Assembly: GCA_027459725.1 (NCBI GenBank)
Contig: DAIDHK010000003.1
Span: 931 to 64,930 of the forward strand
Reading direction: 5' to 3'
Length of the DNA stretch: 64,000 nt
From: Candidatus Levyibacteriota bacterium
GTDB lineage: Bacteria > Patescibacteriota > Microgenomatia > Levybacterales > UBA12049
Shown: positions 7,762 to 16,499 of the stretch, piece by piece
Position numbering within the stretch: the first letter of the stretch is position 1
How the letters are laid out: each line of letters begins with the position of its first letter
The notes under the pieces: generated by a model
Databases searched by the model: none
The model's input: the letters and a program-made list of their open reading frames with translations, nothing else
What the model was told of the DNA's origin: nothing
Program-made: the position numbers and the translations under genes

Positions 7762-10695
7762 CTAAAGACCCATATCTTTTTTGGCTGCTCCAACTAAAGG
7801 TGAGAGAACTTCTTTAGATACTTCACCCACTTTACCGGGTTTACGCATTTCGCGTACTAAATCAAGCAGGAATAAGTGTGGCTCAGTAATCCTCGCCTTT
7901 CTACGTAACCAACCGATTTCATAACGACTAAAGGCATGTCCCATAAATCGATTATTTTGTAAATTATCAGGATCACGAAATTCTGAATCCGGAACAGATC
8001 TCAAAACTGTAATTACTGAACGATAAAAGCTAGAACCGTAACGAATATCATGTCCATATCTAACACGATGGGCAAATATTTGTCCAGCTACTATGTTAAG
8101 AAAAATACTTTTCACTAAATCAACTTTATTGGTATTAACTTTCTGAGCATCTATAACATGCTGCCCAAAGATGTCTTTTATGGGCATATCGCGCAATTTA
8201 CGGGTAATTGGATGTATTCTCTTTTCTGTCTTCCAGAAGGCAGGAATGTCCAATACTTCTTTTCCAAACATAGCTTCTGCTAAAGGAACGGTGACAAAAT
8301 AAGAACGCTTTTCCATTTTTGGCTCACCGTGTTCCATGACTATATTCCCATCCGCGTCTCTTACGGCAAACTCGCCTTCCTGAATCATTTGATAGTCCTG
8401 AGCAAAGTTAGTACTACCCCAAGTGCTATACATGTTGTAGATTTTCTTTAAAATATCATTCAAAACCTTTTCACCAAAATCTTCTTCTTTAAGAACAAAT
8501 TGTTTATCACGATCATCAAACTTAGTATATTCTTCCCAATGAATTTCCTTACCTGAAGACATAAGATCATGAATGGCAACAGCATTACTAATATGATCTC
8601 TGGTATACTGAATCATTTCATTACGCTTGAAGCTTAATGTTTCAGCATTTTTCATGAAGGCTTGTTGTATAAGTAATTCTTCCTTTTTCTTTTCTTCCTC
8701 ATTTAGTGCCTGCTTTTTCTCAATATCTCTAACTTTTTCTGTCGCTTTATCTGCTTTGTCGCGCAATTCAAAGAAAGTTTCCGCAATACTTTTCCCATTA
8801 GTGGTAGCTCCAGCCCAGAAGAATGGCACAGCGGTCTCGGTAAGAGCATTTAAAGTAGTGGCAGGACCTGACCAACGCATGCGTCCTCTTACATCACGGA
8901 GTCTGCTTCTTAGAGATCTGTGAACTGCTGCTCCACTGAAGTTGCGAGCTTCAATATCAAGCATTGTTATAATGCCTGTTGCTTGAGCAAAGTTCTCTGC
9001 TAATAGATAGGCAAACTCCAAATTATCATTGTCTACTTTTTGCATCTCTGGATCAAGGTATACATCGTACCTTTTAGCCACCATACGACGGATAATATTT
9101 CTAACAGCCTTAATAATAAGTTCATCTTTTTGGGGTAAGTTAAACAGATTAACTACATCAAGTACATGATTTACAGGATCATTTTTTGCTTTTTTCCATT
9201 GTTCATCATTTTGTTCTAAGGCTTTGATCGTCTCATCCGGATCTCTGTGCAAATTTTTTGCCTGCTCTCTTACCTCTGCTTCAACAGTTTTGAAATCCAG
9301 CAATTCACATCCCTCTGGATATAGTTCTTCAAGTGCCCCACGGTTAGCTAGGTTCATGATTGTTTCAACCATTAACAAGAAAGAATAACCAACCTTATTG
9401 TCTGATCTTCTTCTAAGTGCACCGGTATCTTTATCTGGTATCATGTCAGAGGAATAATTCTGAGGTAAAGTAGCCATAAACTCCAGCATACTAGATTCAT
9501 CCCCATAAAACAGATCAGTAAAGCGGTTATCAGCAAAAAGTTGTGTTAACAAATTGGCATACTCTGGTCCACCCTTACCAAATTTTGTCCAAAACGTAAC
9601 GCCCTTGTCACGTGTCCACATAGCAACCAGCATTTCTTTGGCTATATTGTTACCTAATCTAAATAGATAGCCCTTCCTTGATCCTTCACCAAGTTCTTCG
9701 CGGAATAACTTTCCTTGTTTGATAACCATTTCTTGATAAAGATTAATAGTTCTACCACCAACCAGGAAGCTTAAGCGATCAATAAAATTAACTGGATCAC
9801 GCGGAGATTCTCCAGCGTAGAAGTTAATTCTTTCACGGACAAAACGCAATACATTCTCTTCTATTATTTCTATACTCTCTTCTTGAGGCCTTTTGGGTCT
9901 TATCCTACCATCAGGCCCTCTCTCCCAAGCCTTTATTCTTACCAGTGGAAAAGGAATCGTACCTTTTTTAGCTATATCCGGGTTCCTCAATTCACCTTCG
10001 GGAGCTATATTTTCAGCTCCCCATTTACTTTTATCTACACCTGTTGATAAGGCAAAAAACATATCCTGGGCAGTCTCAAAAGATTGGATTTTTTCCTGAG
10101 CTTTTACTTGTGCTTCCGACTGCATCTCCTCCACGTCAGCACGGTCCTTCATTGCTCTATCAATATCCGTTGTTGTGGGAGTGAGAGGAGTCTCTTCCAC
10201 TTGTGCTGTATCAACTTCTCGTGTTGTGGGTGTAGTTTCACCCTGTTGTACTTGTCCTAATCGACTTTTAATATTTTGTAGTGCTCTTTTTGCACGACTC
10301 AGCTTGTCAGCATTTTTTACTCTTCCCGCTCTCGTTTCTGCATTAATACGTGGTTCAACTACCTGCAATAAGTTATCAAGTTCAGATTGTTGAATTGGCT
10401 CTCCTGAACCAACTGACTTAAAACGCAGGTCTAAAACTGATTTTTCAAAATCTGCAGGTACTAAATCGCCCAGTTCATTGATTCCACCCAGTTCCAAAAG
10501 TTGCTTCAGAACCTCATAATCTATATTCGATCCTCCATCTATTGCTGCACGAGGGTTACGTCTTTCGTGCCCACGTGTTCTTTCATTTGTAGGATTACTC
10601 ATATTTTCCTTATCACTTTCAGCATAACCTACTCTGCGAGAAGGTGTCAAACGTGTCATCTCTTTTAAAGGATGGTAAATATATTCCCCCGACAT
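7762..10695 (-). CDS. large hypothetical cytoplasmic protein, 977 aa. No TM segment and no P-loop.
   Basis: Uninterrupted 2.9-kb ORF. Charged, with a disordered Thr/Pro-rich N-terminal segment. No recognisable catalytic motif by eye. Confidence 0.6.
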   Translation of the reverse strand: MSGEYIYHPLKEMTRLTPSRRVGYAESDKENMSNPTNERTRGHERRNPRAAIDGGSNIDYEVLKQLLELGGINELGDLVPADFEKSVLDLRFKSVGSGEPIQQSELDNLLQVVEPRINAETRAGRVKNADKLSRAKRALQNIKSRLGQVQQGETTPTTREVDTAQVEETPLTPTTTDIDRAMKDRADVEEMQSEAQVKAQEKIQSFETAQDMFFALSTGVDKSKWGAENIAPEGELRNPDIAKKGTIPFPLVRIKAWERGPDGRIRPKRPQEESIEIIEENVLRFVRERINFYAGESPRDPVNFIDRLSFLVGGRTINLYQEMVIKQGKLFREELGEGSRKGYLFRLGNNIAKEMLVAMWTRDKGVTFWTKFGKGGPEYANLLTQLFADNRFTDLFYGDESSMLEFMATLPQNYSSDMIPDKDTGALRRRSDNKVGYSFLLMVETIMNLANRGALEELYPEGCELLDFKTVEAEVREQAKNLHRDPDETIKALEQNDEQWKKAKNDPVNHVLDVVNLFNLPQKDELIIKAVRNIIRRMVAKRYDVYLDPEMQKVDNDNLEFAYLLAENFAQATGIITMLDIEARNFSGAAVHRSLRSRLRDVRGRMRWSGPATTLNALTETAVPFFWAGATTNGKSIAETFFELRDKADKATEKVRDIEKKQALNEEEKKKEELLIQQAFMKNAETLSFKRNEMIQYTRDHISNAVAIHDLMSSGKEIHWEEYTKFDDRDKQFVLKEEDFGEKVLNDILKKIYNMYSTWGSTNFAQDYQMIQEGEFAVRDADGNIVMEHGEPKMEKRSYFVTVPLAEAMFGKEVLDIPAFWKTEKRIHPITRKLRDMPIKDIFGQHVIDAQKVNTNKVDLVKSIFLNIVAGQIFAHRVRYGHDIRYGSSFYRSVITVLRSVPDSEFRDPDNLQNNRFMGHAFSRYEIGWLRRKARITEPHLFLLDLVREMRKPGKVGEVSKEVLSPLVGAAKKDMGL

Positions 10696-10778
10696 ACAAG
10701 TCGGATTCTAAATTTGTAGCTAAATTAATACATGATAATAAAGTAACAAGAAGTTCTTAAATGAATAACAAAAAATTG

Positions 10779-12122
10779 TTAGGGAGTAAACTTAAACCCT
10801 CGCCCCTTAATTGTCACAATATGTCTGGGATTCCCCGGATTGTCCTCAATCTTTTTTCGCAGTCTGAGAATTAGTTGATCAAGAGCTTGTTCAGTAACAC
10901 CAAATGTAGATTTATTCTCTTCCCAAACTACATCTATTACCTTTTCTCTGTCAATAATCATCCCAGGATTAAGTAAAAAATATTTTAACAAACGCAGTTC
11001 AGAAGCGGTTAAATTGTCCGACAATATCTGACTGCCTTTATGAATTAAGTTTTTTTCTACATCATATTCAATTTTATCATTAGTTATAACTACTGCATTG
11101 ACATCTTCCAGTAAAAACCTCTCTAAAAGTGGGATGGTTATTTTCCCACCGCTAACCAGCTGTAAATTAGTAAAGTAACTTTCGATATTTTTATTTTCCT
11201 CAGTTCTGTTTTTACCCAATAGCCACAGCTGTTCGGCAGGATTAAAAGAACGCCAAATCTCTTTTAATCCCCCTTTAACTGCCCGCTGGGCAAGCAAAAA
11301 ATCCGCGAATTTACTATCTTCAATTGCCTTCTTTTCATTAACTAAATAAGCTTCTGCAGCCAATCTGGTAAGTTTACCATGACCTGCTGTTAAATCTATA
11401 ATCATATTGCGAATTTTACTGCTAATATGCTTACCCGTCGCTTTTTCCATATAGTCCAGACGGAAAGGTAACCCCACGTCGTCTTTTAAACTTAAATAAA
11501 CTATATGTCCGGCTAAAAACTCATGAAATTCTGCAAATGACGAAGGTTCTATTAAATCTTCTAGCGGTTTATTTAAAGAAAAAACCACTGAAAAACGATA
11601 TTTTGCTCTGTGACGAAGAATTCTCAAGTTACTAAATAGTCCCTCATTAAGATATGGAATATAATCTTCAAAACGGTCAAAGAGTAGGACTATATTCATC
11701 TCCTCGTCAATTGCTAGATAGTCAATAGCATGCTTTAGAGCTTGAAAAAGAACCATTTCGTCATTGAACGATAATCCTTCTTTAAATAACTCATTAACAT
11801 CTGTATAAATATCATCCAATTGTCTCTGTCGCAGTGAATCAAGTAGACAAAGGAAAATATATTTAGTCACATTAAATAAATCTTTTCCTCTCATTTCGGA
11901 GAAGTCGACTATGACAAAGTTAATCCACTGATGATTTTCTTTCAGATGCATTTGTCGAATAAAACGGTTGTAAACCAATAAACTTAAAACTGTCCCTCTC
12001 CCTGCTCCCGGCAAGCCTACCAACTGACAGGAATTACCTTCATTGACATAAGATATAATCATCTCTATTTCTGTAAAACGCGTTTTGTCGGGATATAGAG
12101 ATTCAAAATGGGCAAGTTCCAT
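10779..12122 (-). CDS. putative transcriptional regulator. N-terminal P-loop NTPase (AAA/STAND-like) fused to a C-terminal OmpR/PhoB-type winged-helix DNA-binding domain.
   Basis: Walker A-like 'GLPGAGRGT' and Walker B-like 'IVLLFDRFED'. The C-terminus 'LTASELRLLKYFLLNPGMIIDREKVIDVVWEE...ALDQLILRLRKKIED...HIVTIKGRGFKF' matches the trans_reg_C (OmpR/PhoB) signature. Confidence 0.6.
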   Translation of the reverse strand: MELAHFESLYPDKTRFTEIEMIISYVNEGNSCQLVGLPGAGRGTVLSLLVYNRFIRQMHLKENHQWINFVIVDFSEMRGKDLFNVTKYIFLCLLDSLRQRQLDDIYTDVNELFKEGLSFNDEMVLFQALKHAIDYLAIDEEMNIVLLFDRFEDYIPYLNEGLFSNLRILRHRAKYRFSVVFSLNKPLEDLIEPSSFAEFHEFLAGHIVYLSLKDDVGLPFRLDYMEKATGKHISSKIRNMIIDLTAGHGKLTRLAAEAYLVNEKKAIEDSKFADFLLAQRAVKGGLKEIWRSFNPAEQLWLLGKNRTEENKNIESYFTNLQLVSGGKITIPLLERFLLEDVNAVVITNDKIEYDVEKNLIHKGSQILSDNLTASELRLLKYFLLNPGMIIDREKVIDVVWEENKSTFGVTEQALDQLILRLRKKIEDNPGNPRHIVTIKGRGFKFTP

Positions 12123-12132
12123 AGCAAAAATA

Positions 12133-12158
12133 GTATAGACAATCTGGGCTGTCTATAC
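12133..12158. promoter_or_regulatory. perfect 9-bp inverted repeat (GTATAGACA-N8-TGTCTATAC) in the divergent intergenic region between the ATPase-wHTH regulator and the pilin-fusion gene. Candidate operator.
   Basis: Seen directly in the sequence at 12133..12141 and 12150..12158. Confidence 0.35.
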
Positions 12159-12217
12159 CAGTATGATTATGGTTCGACCTCTTGCAAAGCCTAAAGATTT
12201 TGGGATACCATGAGAGT

Positions 12218-14872
12218 ATGCATTGTTATCCAAGAATATCAAAATTACTGTTTCCATTTCTTGTTTTTTTTATAGTTTTTGTTTCACTGTATAGAATTAA
12301 CTATGCTTTTGCAACGAGTAGCAATACGAGGTCATCAGGTACTTCTTTGGGAAGTGATAGTACAGTTTATACTATAGCTAACGGAGTAACTGTCACACAA
12401 TCGCCTAAAAATGTCTATGAAAATACCTCAAATATAACATTGTTGTTTAATATACCTGCTAGTAGTAATAATAATACCCCATACTATATTTTATTCTGGA
12501 ATCAGGCAAGCAATTGGCCTGACTACAATCATTGTGAGACTATAGGAAGTGAATTTCTTCTGGGAGGATGGGATAATGCTATGGGTATAGGTGGATGGTC
12601 AGGAGGCTCAAATGGAAAATGCACATTGCTTAATCCTAATGATTGGGGCAAAGATACATATACACTAGTACAAGATAAAACAGCAAAAGAGTTGACACCA
12701 TTGGGAAACAAATGGGGATATCAAGTATCAGTAAACACTTTACCTGGGGAAAGTATTAAATATAAAATTTGGCAAGGTGATGTTGAATCAAGTTATCAAG
12801 CATCCCAGATGATTGGTCAAATTAACATAGGACAATGTACTCAATCACAAAATGGCTGTCCTGGAATCGCGGTAGACAGCTACCCGGTTCAGTATGACAC
12901 TAATTTTCCTCTTTACATCGCCAATCCACATGCTGATACAGCCTACATAGTATGGTGGAAAGGATCTAATACAGTAATCTGGTCAGGCTCGTTCACTACT
13001 AACCAAATAAAAAGTGCTTCGAAATTCAACGTTATTGGCAGTAATAACTCCACCGTGTCAGTTCCCGCAATTAAGCTGCAAAACAATGGCCAGGACGTGA
13101 CACAAATAGTTTCCAGCAGCGAAGATTCGAATCTTCCAATTGATAGCAGCAATGATTTTAAGTACAAAACATTATGTCTATATCAAGCGACGCCTCAAAA
13201 TTTAGCCTCAATAATTTCAAATTTCTCGCTAAAATGTGACTCAACCGCCAAATCAACCCGAGTCTATTTCGGTATTAATGGGCAACCACTCGGGTCTGGA
13301 ACGTTACTGTCGAATGGTAACATCGGTGCTCCATCTGCTTCTGAGAACTTTAACCTGCAGTCTGTTAACACCGGATTCTTTCTACCCTGTATTTCCCCCA
13401 CGCCCACCCCAGTTAATCAAGCATATAATAGCAAGAACTCTTCAAATACATCATTTGCTGATGCTTGGAAAAATATATTGGCAGACGCCGCTTTCTTCTT
13501 TACCGGTCAATCTGCCATGCCAAGTCCAACTTCTTCCAACATAAATCAACAACTCGCCTACTCACAAATTACCCCTGCCCAAACAACTCCAGAATTTTTA
13601 ATGTCCACAACTAATCAGTCAACCACTCCCATTAGCGTCGGCCCCGCTTCTGTATCCCCAGGGGATACTTTCGTTGTTGGTTTAACATCTCCGATAAGCA
13701 ATAATTACACTCTATCTATACACGATGGTAGCAACAATAGCTTACTAAATAGCAACATTACTCAATATTGCCAATCAGGAAAAGCATGCGACTTTATTAT
13801 AAATAGCAGTAAGTATTCTAATTACAAGTTCACATTCCCTACAAATCCGCAAAACTTTCAGATCACTATCGCCGATAATAATAAAACCGTAGGTATGACA
13901 GATGTGGCATTCACCCAATCAGCATCTTCCAATGTTAATGACAGTCAAACTCAGAACACAACCACAACAAAAAATATACAAAACGATGGAACTATTACTA
14001 TACAGAATCTTGGTAACAAGCAGAATACTGGCTCTGCTAATATTTATTCCGATGACGCTTTATCGGTTTATATTTCATATAACAGCAAAACTTCTATTAA
14101 AAACTGCTCTGTAGCTATCGCGGTAAATCAATCAGCTATTACCGCACTATCGCCACAAACCTGTAACAATAGTACTTCACCGAATTCTAACACAAACTTA
14201 TTGCCTTTAGATCTATCAAAATATAGTCAGTTTGCATCTATTACTACCCCTACTGACCTCAGTCTAAGTGCGGTTGCCTATGACACTAATGGTAACATAC
14301 TTTCAATAAAGAAAGACTTTACAATCTATCCGGTTTGTGGTACTCAAGAATGCAATGGATCATGTATAAATGTGCCTGGACAAAGCCAGATTTATTGTGC
14401 AGAACCAACTAGTACGCCTACTCTTAGCCCAACACCAAACGCTCAACAGTCTATTTGCAATTCATGTTTGGCGAGTGGTACAAGCGATTGTAGTAGCGCC
14501 TGCACTGCTGCTACAACAGTTTCTGATACTCCAAGCGTAGAGACTCCAACATCATACCCTACTCCTGTAAATATAGGCTTCTCCCCCTGTTATCAGGTAG
14601 ATACCGCCATTGGAATGATAAGCACAGATCCTATTTCCTTTGTTAATAATATGTTTGATATTTTATTAAGCCTAAGCGGCGGCATTGCTCTTCTGATTAT
14701 CATCTACAACGGTTACCGCTTGTTAATCTCACGGGGCAATCCCGATGCCATCAAAAAAGCCCGTGAGGGTATTACCTCTGGTATTATTGGCATCATCTTT
14801 GCTATTCTATCTATTGCCATTCTACAAACTATTGGCGTTGATATATTACATTTGCCAGGTTTTGGCAATTAA
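12218..14872 (+). CDS. secreted Ser/Thr/Asn-rich surface protein (about 885 aa) with a C-terminal VirB2/TrbC-type pilin-like hydrophobic hairpin. Candidate pilus-tip adhesin or minor pilin fusion. The ORF opens at 12182 with TTG; the ATG at 12218 is preferred.
   Basis: Signal peptide MHCYPRISKLLFPFLVFFIVFVSLYRINYAFA. Long low-complexity Cys-containing ectodomain. The last about 90 aa 'GGIALLIIIYNGYRLLISRGNPDAIKKAREGITSGIIGIIFAILSIAILQTIGV' have the same helix-loop(K/R-rich)-helix pattern as the small pilin paralogs downstream. Confidence 0.5.
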   Translation: MHCYPRISKLLFPFLVFFIVFVSLYRINYAFATSSNTRSSGTSLGSDSTVYTIANGVTVTQSPKNVYENTSNITLLFNIPASSNNNTPYYILFWNQASNWPDYNHCETIGSEFLLGGWDNAMGIGGWSGGSNGKCTLLNPNDWGKDTYTLVQDKTAKELTPLGNKWGYQVSVNTLPGESIKYKIWQGDVESSYQASQMIGQINIGQCTQSQNGCPGIAVDSYPVQYDTNFPLYIANPHADTAYIVWWKGSNTVIWSGSFTTNQIKSASKFNVIGSNNSTVSVPAIKLQNNGQDVTQIVSSSEDSNLPIDSSNDFKYKTLCLYQATPQNLASIISNFSLKCDSTAKSTRVYFGINGQPLGSGTLLSNGNIGAPSASENFNLQSVNTGFFLPCISPTPTPVNQAYNSKNSSNTSFADAWKNILADAAFFFTGQSAMPSPTSSNINQQLAYSQITPAQTTPEFLMSTTNQSTTPISVGPASVSPGDTFVVGLTSPISNNYTLSIHDGSNNSLLNSNITQYCQSGKACDFIINSSKYSNYKFTFPTNPQNFQITIADNNKTVGMTDVAFTQSASSNVNDSQTQNTTTTKNIQNDGTITIQNLGNKQNTGSANIYSDDALSVYISYNSKTSIKNCSVAIAVNQSAITALSPQTCNNSTSPNSNTNLLPLDLSKYSQFASITTPTDLSLSAVAYDTNGNILSIKKDFTIYPVCGTQECNGSCINVPGQSQIYCAEPTSTPTLSPTPNAQQSICNSCLASGTSDCSSACTAATTVSDTPSVETPTSYPTPVNIGFSPCYQVDTAIGMISTDPISFVNNMFDILLSLSGGIALLIIIYNGYRLLISRGNPDAIKKAREGITSGIIGIIFAILSIAILQTIGVDILHLPGFGN

Positions 14873-14874
14873 CT

Positions 14875-15240
14875 ATGTTAAAAGAACATTTATTAGCCTT
14901 ATCTATTCCTGGGGAGAATGGGAGTAGCACTAATATCGTAATGCCTAACGCAGTAAACTGCGGCAGTAATGGCTGTTTGAACACAGTCATGCAATACATC
15001 ATACAATGGCTTTTCGTAGGAGCCATCATTCTTTGTCTAGCTTACCTAATCTGGGGCGGGATTGATTGGACAATGTCCTATGGAGACAAAACGAAAGTGC
15101 AAAAAGCCCGTTTAAAACTTGTGTATGCCATTATTGGTTTATTTATAGTTTTCCTCGCTTTCTTCTTTGTTAATTTGGGAGGACACTTACTTGGTCTACC
15201 TCTTACTAATGTCAGTACAACTATCAATACAACTCCTTAA
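14875..15240 (+). CDS. VirB2/TrbC-like pilin-family protein, paralog 1 (121 aa)
   Basis: N-terminal leader with a Cys pair, then 'WLFVGAIILCLAYLIWGGIDWTMSYGDKTKVQKARLKLVYAIIGLFIVFLAFFFV' (two TM helices separated by a short basic loop). It starts 2 bp after the fusion gene. Confidence 0.5.
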   Translation: MLKEHLLALSIPGENGSSTNIVMPNAVNCGSNGCLNTVMQYIIQWLFVGAIILCLAYLIWGGIDWTMSYGDKTKVQKARLKLVYAIIGLFIVFLAFFFVNLGGHLLGLPLTNVSTTINTTP

Positions 15241-15262
15241 CTTTCAACTATAATAGAACAGC

Positions 15263-16495
15263 ATGAAGGCTTCCCTCTTTTATTTTTTAAGTGCCTTTTT
15301 ACTTTTACTTTTAAGTTTGGTCGCAGTTATTGGCCCGCATACAGAACTTATAGACGTAACAGAATATCACTGTTATGCCAGTATCTTCTGGACTGGGCAT
15401 TTACAAATCAACAAAACTGAACAACGATACTGTTTATCTGAGATTAAATCAAACCAAATACATAAATATAAATTACCCCAGGAGTATCCTCTACTTAGCC
15501 TGTTTATCTTTTCTCTTCCCCTACTTTCTCCTTTCAGCTACAGCCTAGGTTTTAGACTATTAATGCTGGTATTTTTACTAACTATCTGGATGTATTTTTT
15601 CAAAGTTAAAAAATTTACTTCAGGTATAATATTTCTATTATTAATCACGCTTGGACTTAGCTCAGTTACCTTTAACCGTTATGACTTAAGTGCTACCACT
15701 TTAACCTTTTTTGCCATAATACTGGCTTATAATAAAAAGTTTCTTCCCAGTTACTTATTATTAGCACTAGCAACGTTTCTCAAAATTTATCCCCTTTTTC
15801 TTATACCGTTGGTCTTCCTTTTTGAATTACAAACCCATAAGCATAAACTACTCAATCTAAAAAATTACTACTTCGTTTCACTTGGAGTCATTGCATTAGC
15901 CTTACTGCTAATACTTTCACTCAAGCTTGATTTTGTTCAAACGCTTGCACCCCTACAGTATCAAGCAGCCAGGCCACTACAAATAGAATCTATCCCCGCT
16001 TCCATCTTTTTGCTAACTAGCTTCGGAAAAGTATGTTTTATTCAATCTTTTGGTTCACTTAATATTCTTCATTCTATTAACCATCAATGTTCTCCCAACT
16101 TAGTCAGTCAAACTCTGGAGACTATCTTTAGTATCCTAATGCTATTAAGCCTTATAGTCGTCTATCTAAACTTCTTCAAAGGTAGAATTAAATTCACAGG
16201 CGCCGTGGTCTTATTAATCTTAAGTCTTCTTATCTTTAACAAAGTCTTGAGTCCGCAATATTTTATTTGGCTGGCTCCTTTTTTAGCTCTAAAATATAAA
16301 AAAATCTCATTAAATACACTTATCTGGTTTATACTCTTTGCGCTAACTTATTTAATTTACCCAATAATGTATTCCCAAACTAGTATGAGTAATTTACTGG
16401 GAGTAATTTCCGTACGTAACATTCTTTTAGTTTTTCTATATATCTATACATGGAAAGAAGTATTACATAAATTCAAGAAACAGTCTGTAAAATAG
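15263..16495 (+). CDS. polytopic membrane protein, possibly a GT-C-fold glycosyltransferase (410 aa)
   Basis: About 11 TM helices. An acidic 'DVTEY' motif lies in the first predicted external loop, reminiscent of the GT-C D-E-x-x-Y motif. It sits between the pilin genes. Confidence 0.4.
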   Translation: MKASLFYFLSAFLLLLLSLVAVIGPHTELIDVTEYHCYASIFWTGHLQINKTEQRYCLSEIKSNQIHKYKLPQEYPLLSLFIFSLPLLSPFSYSLGFRLLMLVFLLTIWMYFFKVKKFTSGIIFLLLITLGLSSVTFNRYDLSATTLTFFAIILAYNKKFLPSYLLLALATFLKIYPLFLIPLVFLFELQTHKHKLLNLKNYYFVSLGVIALALLLILSLKLDFVQTLAPLQYQAARPLQIESIPASIFLLTSFGKVCFIQSFGSLNILHSINHQCSPNLVSQTLETIFSILMLLSLIVVYLNFFKGRIKFTGAVVLLILSLLIFNKVLSPQYFIWLAPFLALKYKKISLNTLIWFILFALTYLIYPIMYSQTSMSNLLGVISVRNILLVFLYIYTWKEVLHKFKKQSVK

Positions 16496-16499
16496 AACT

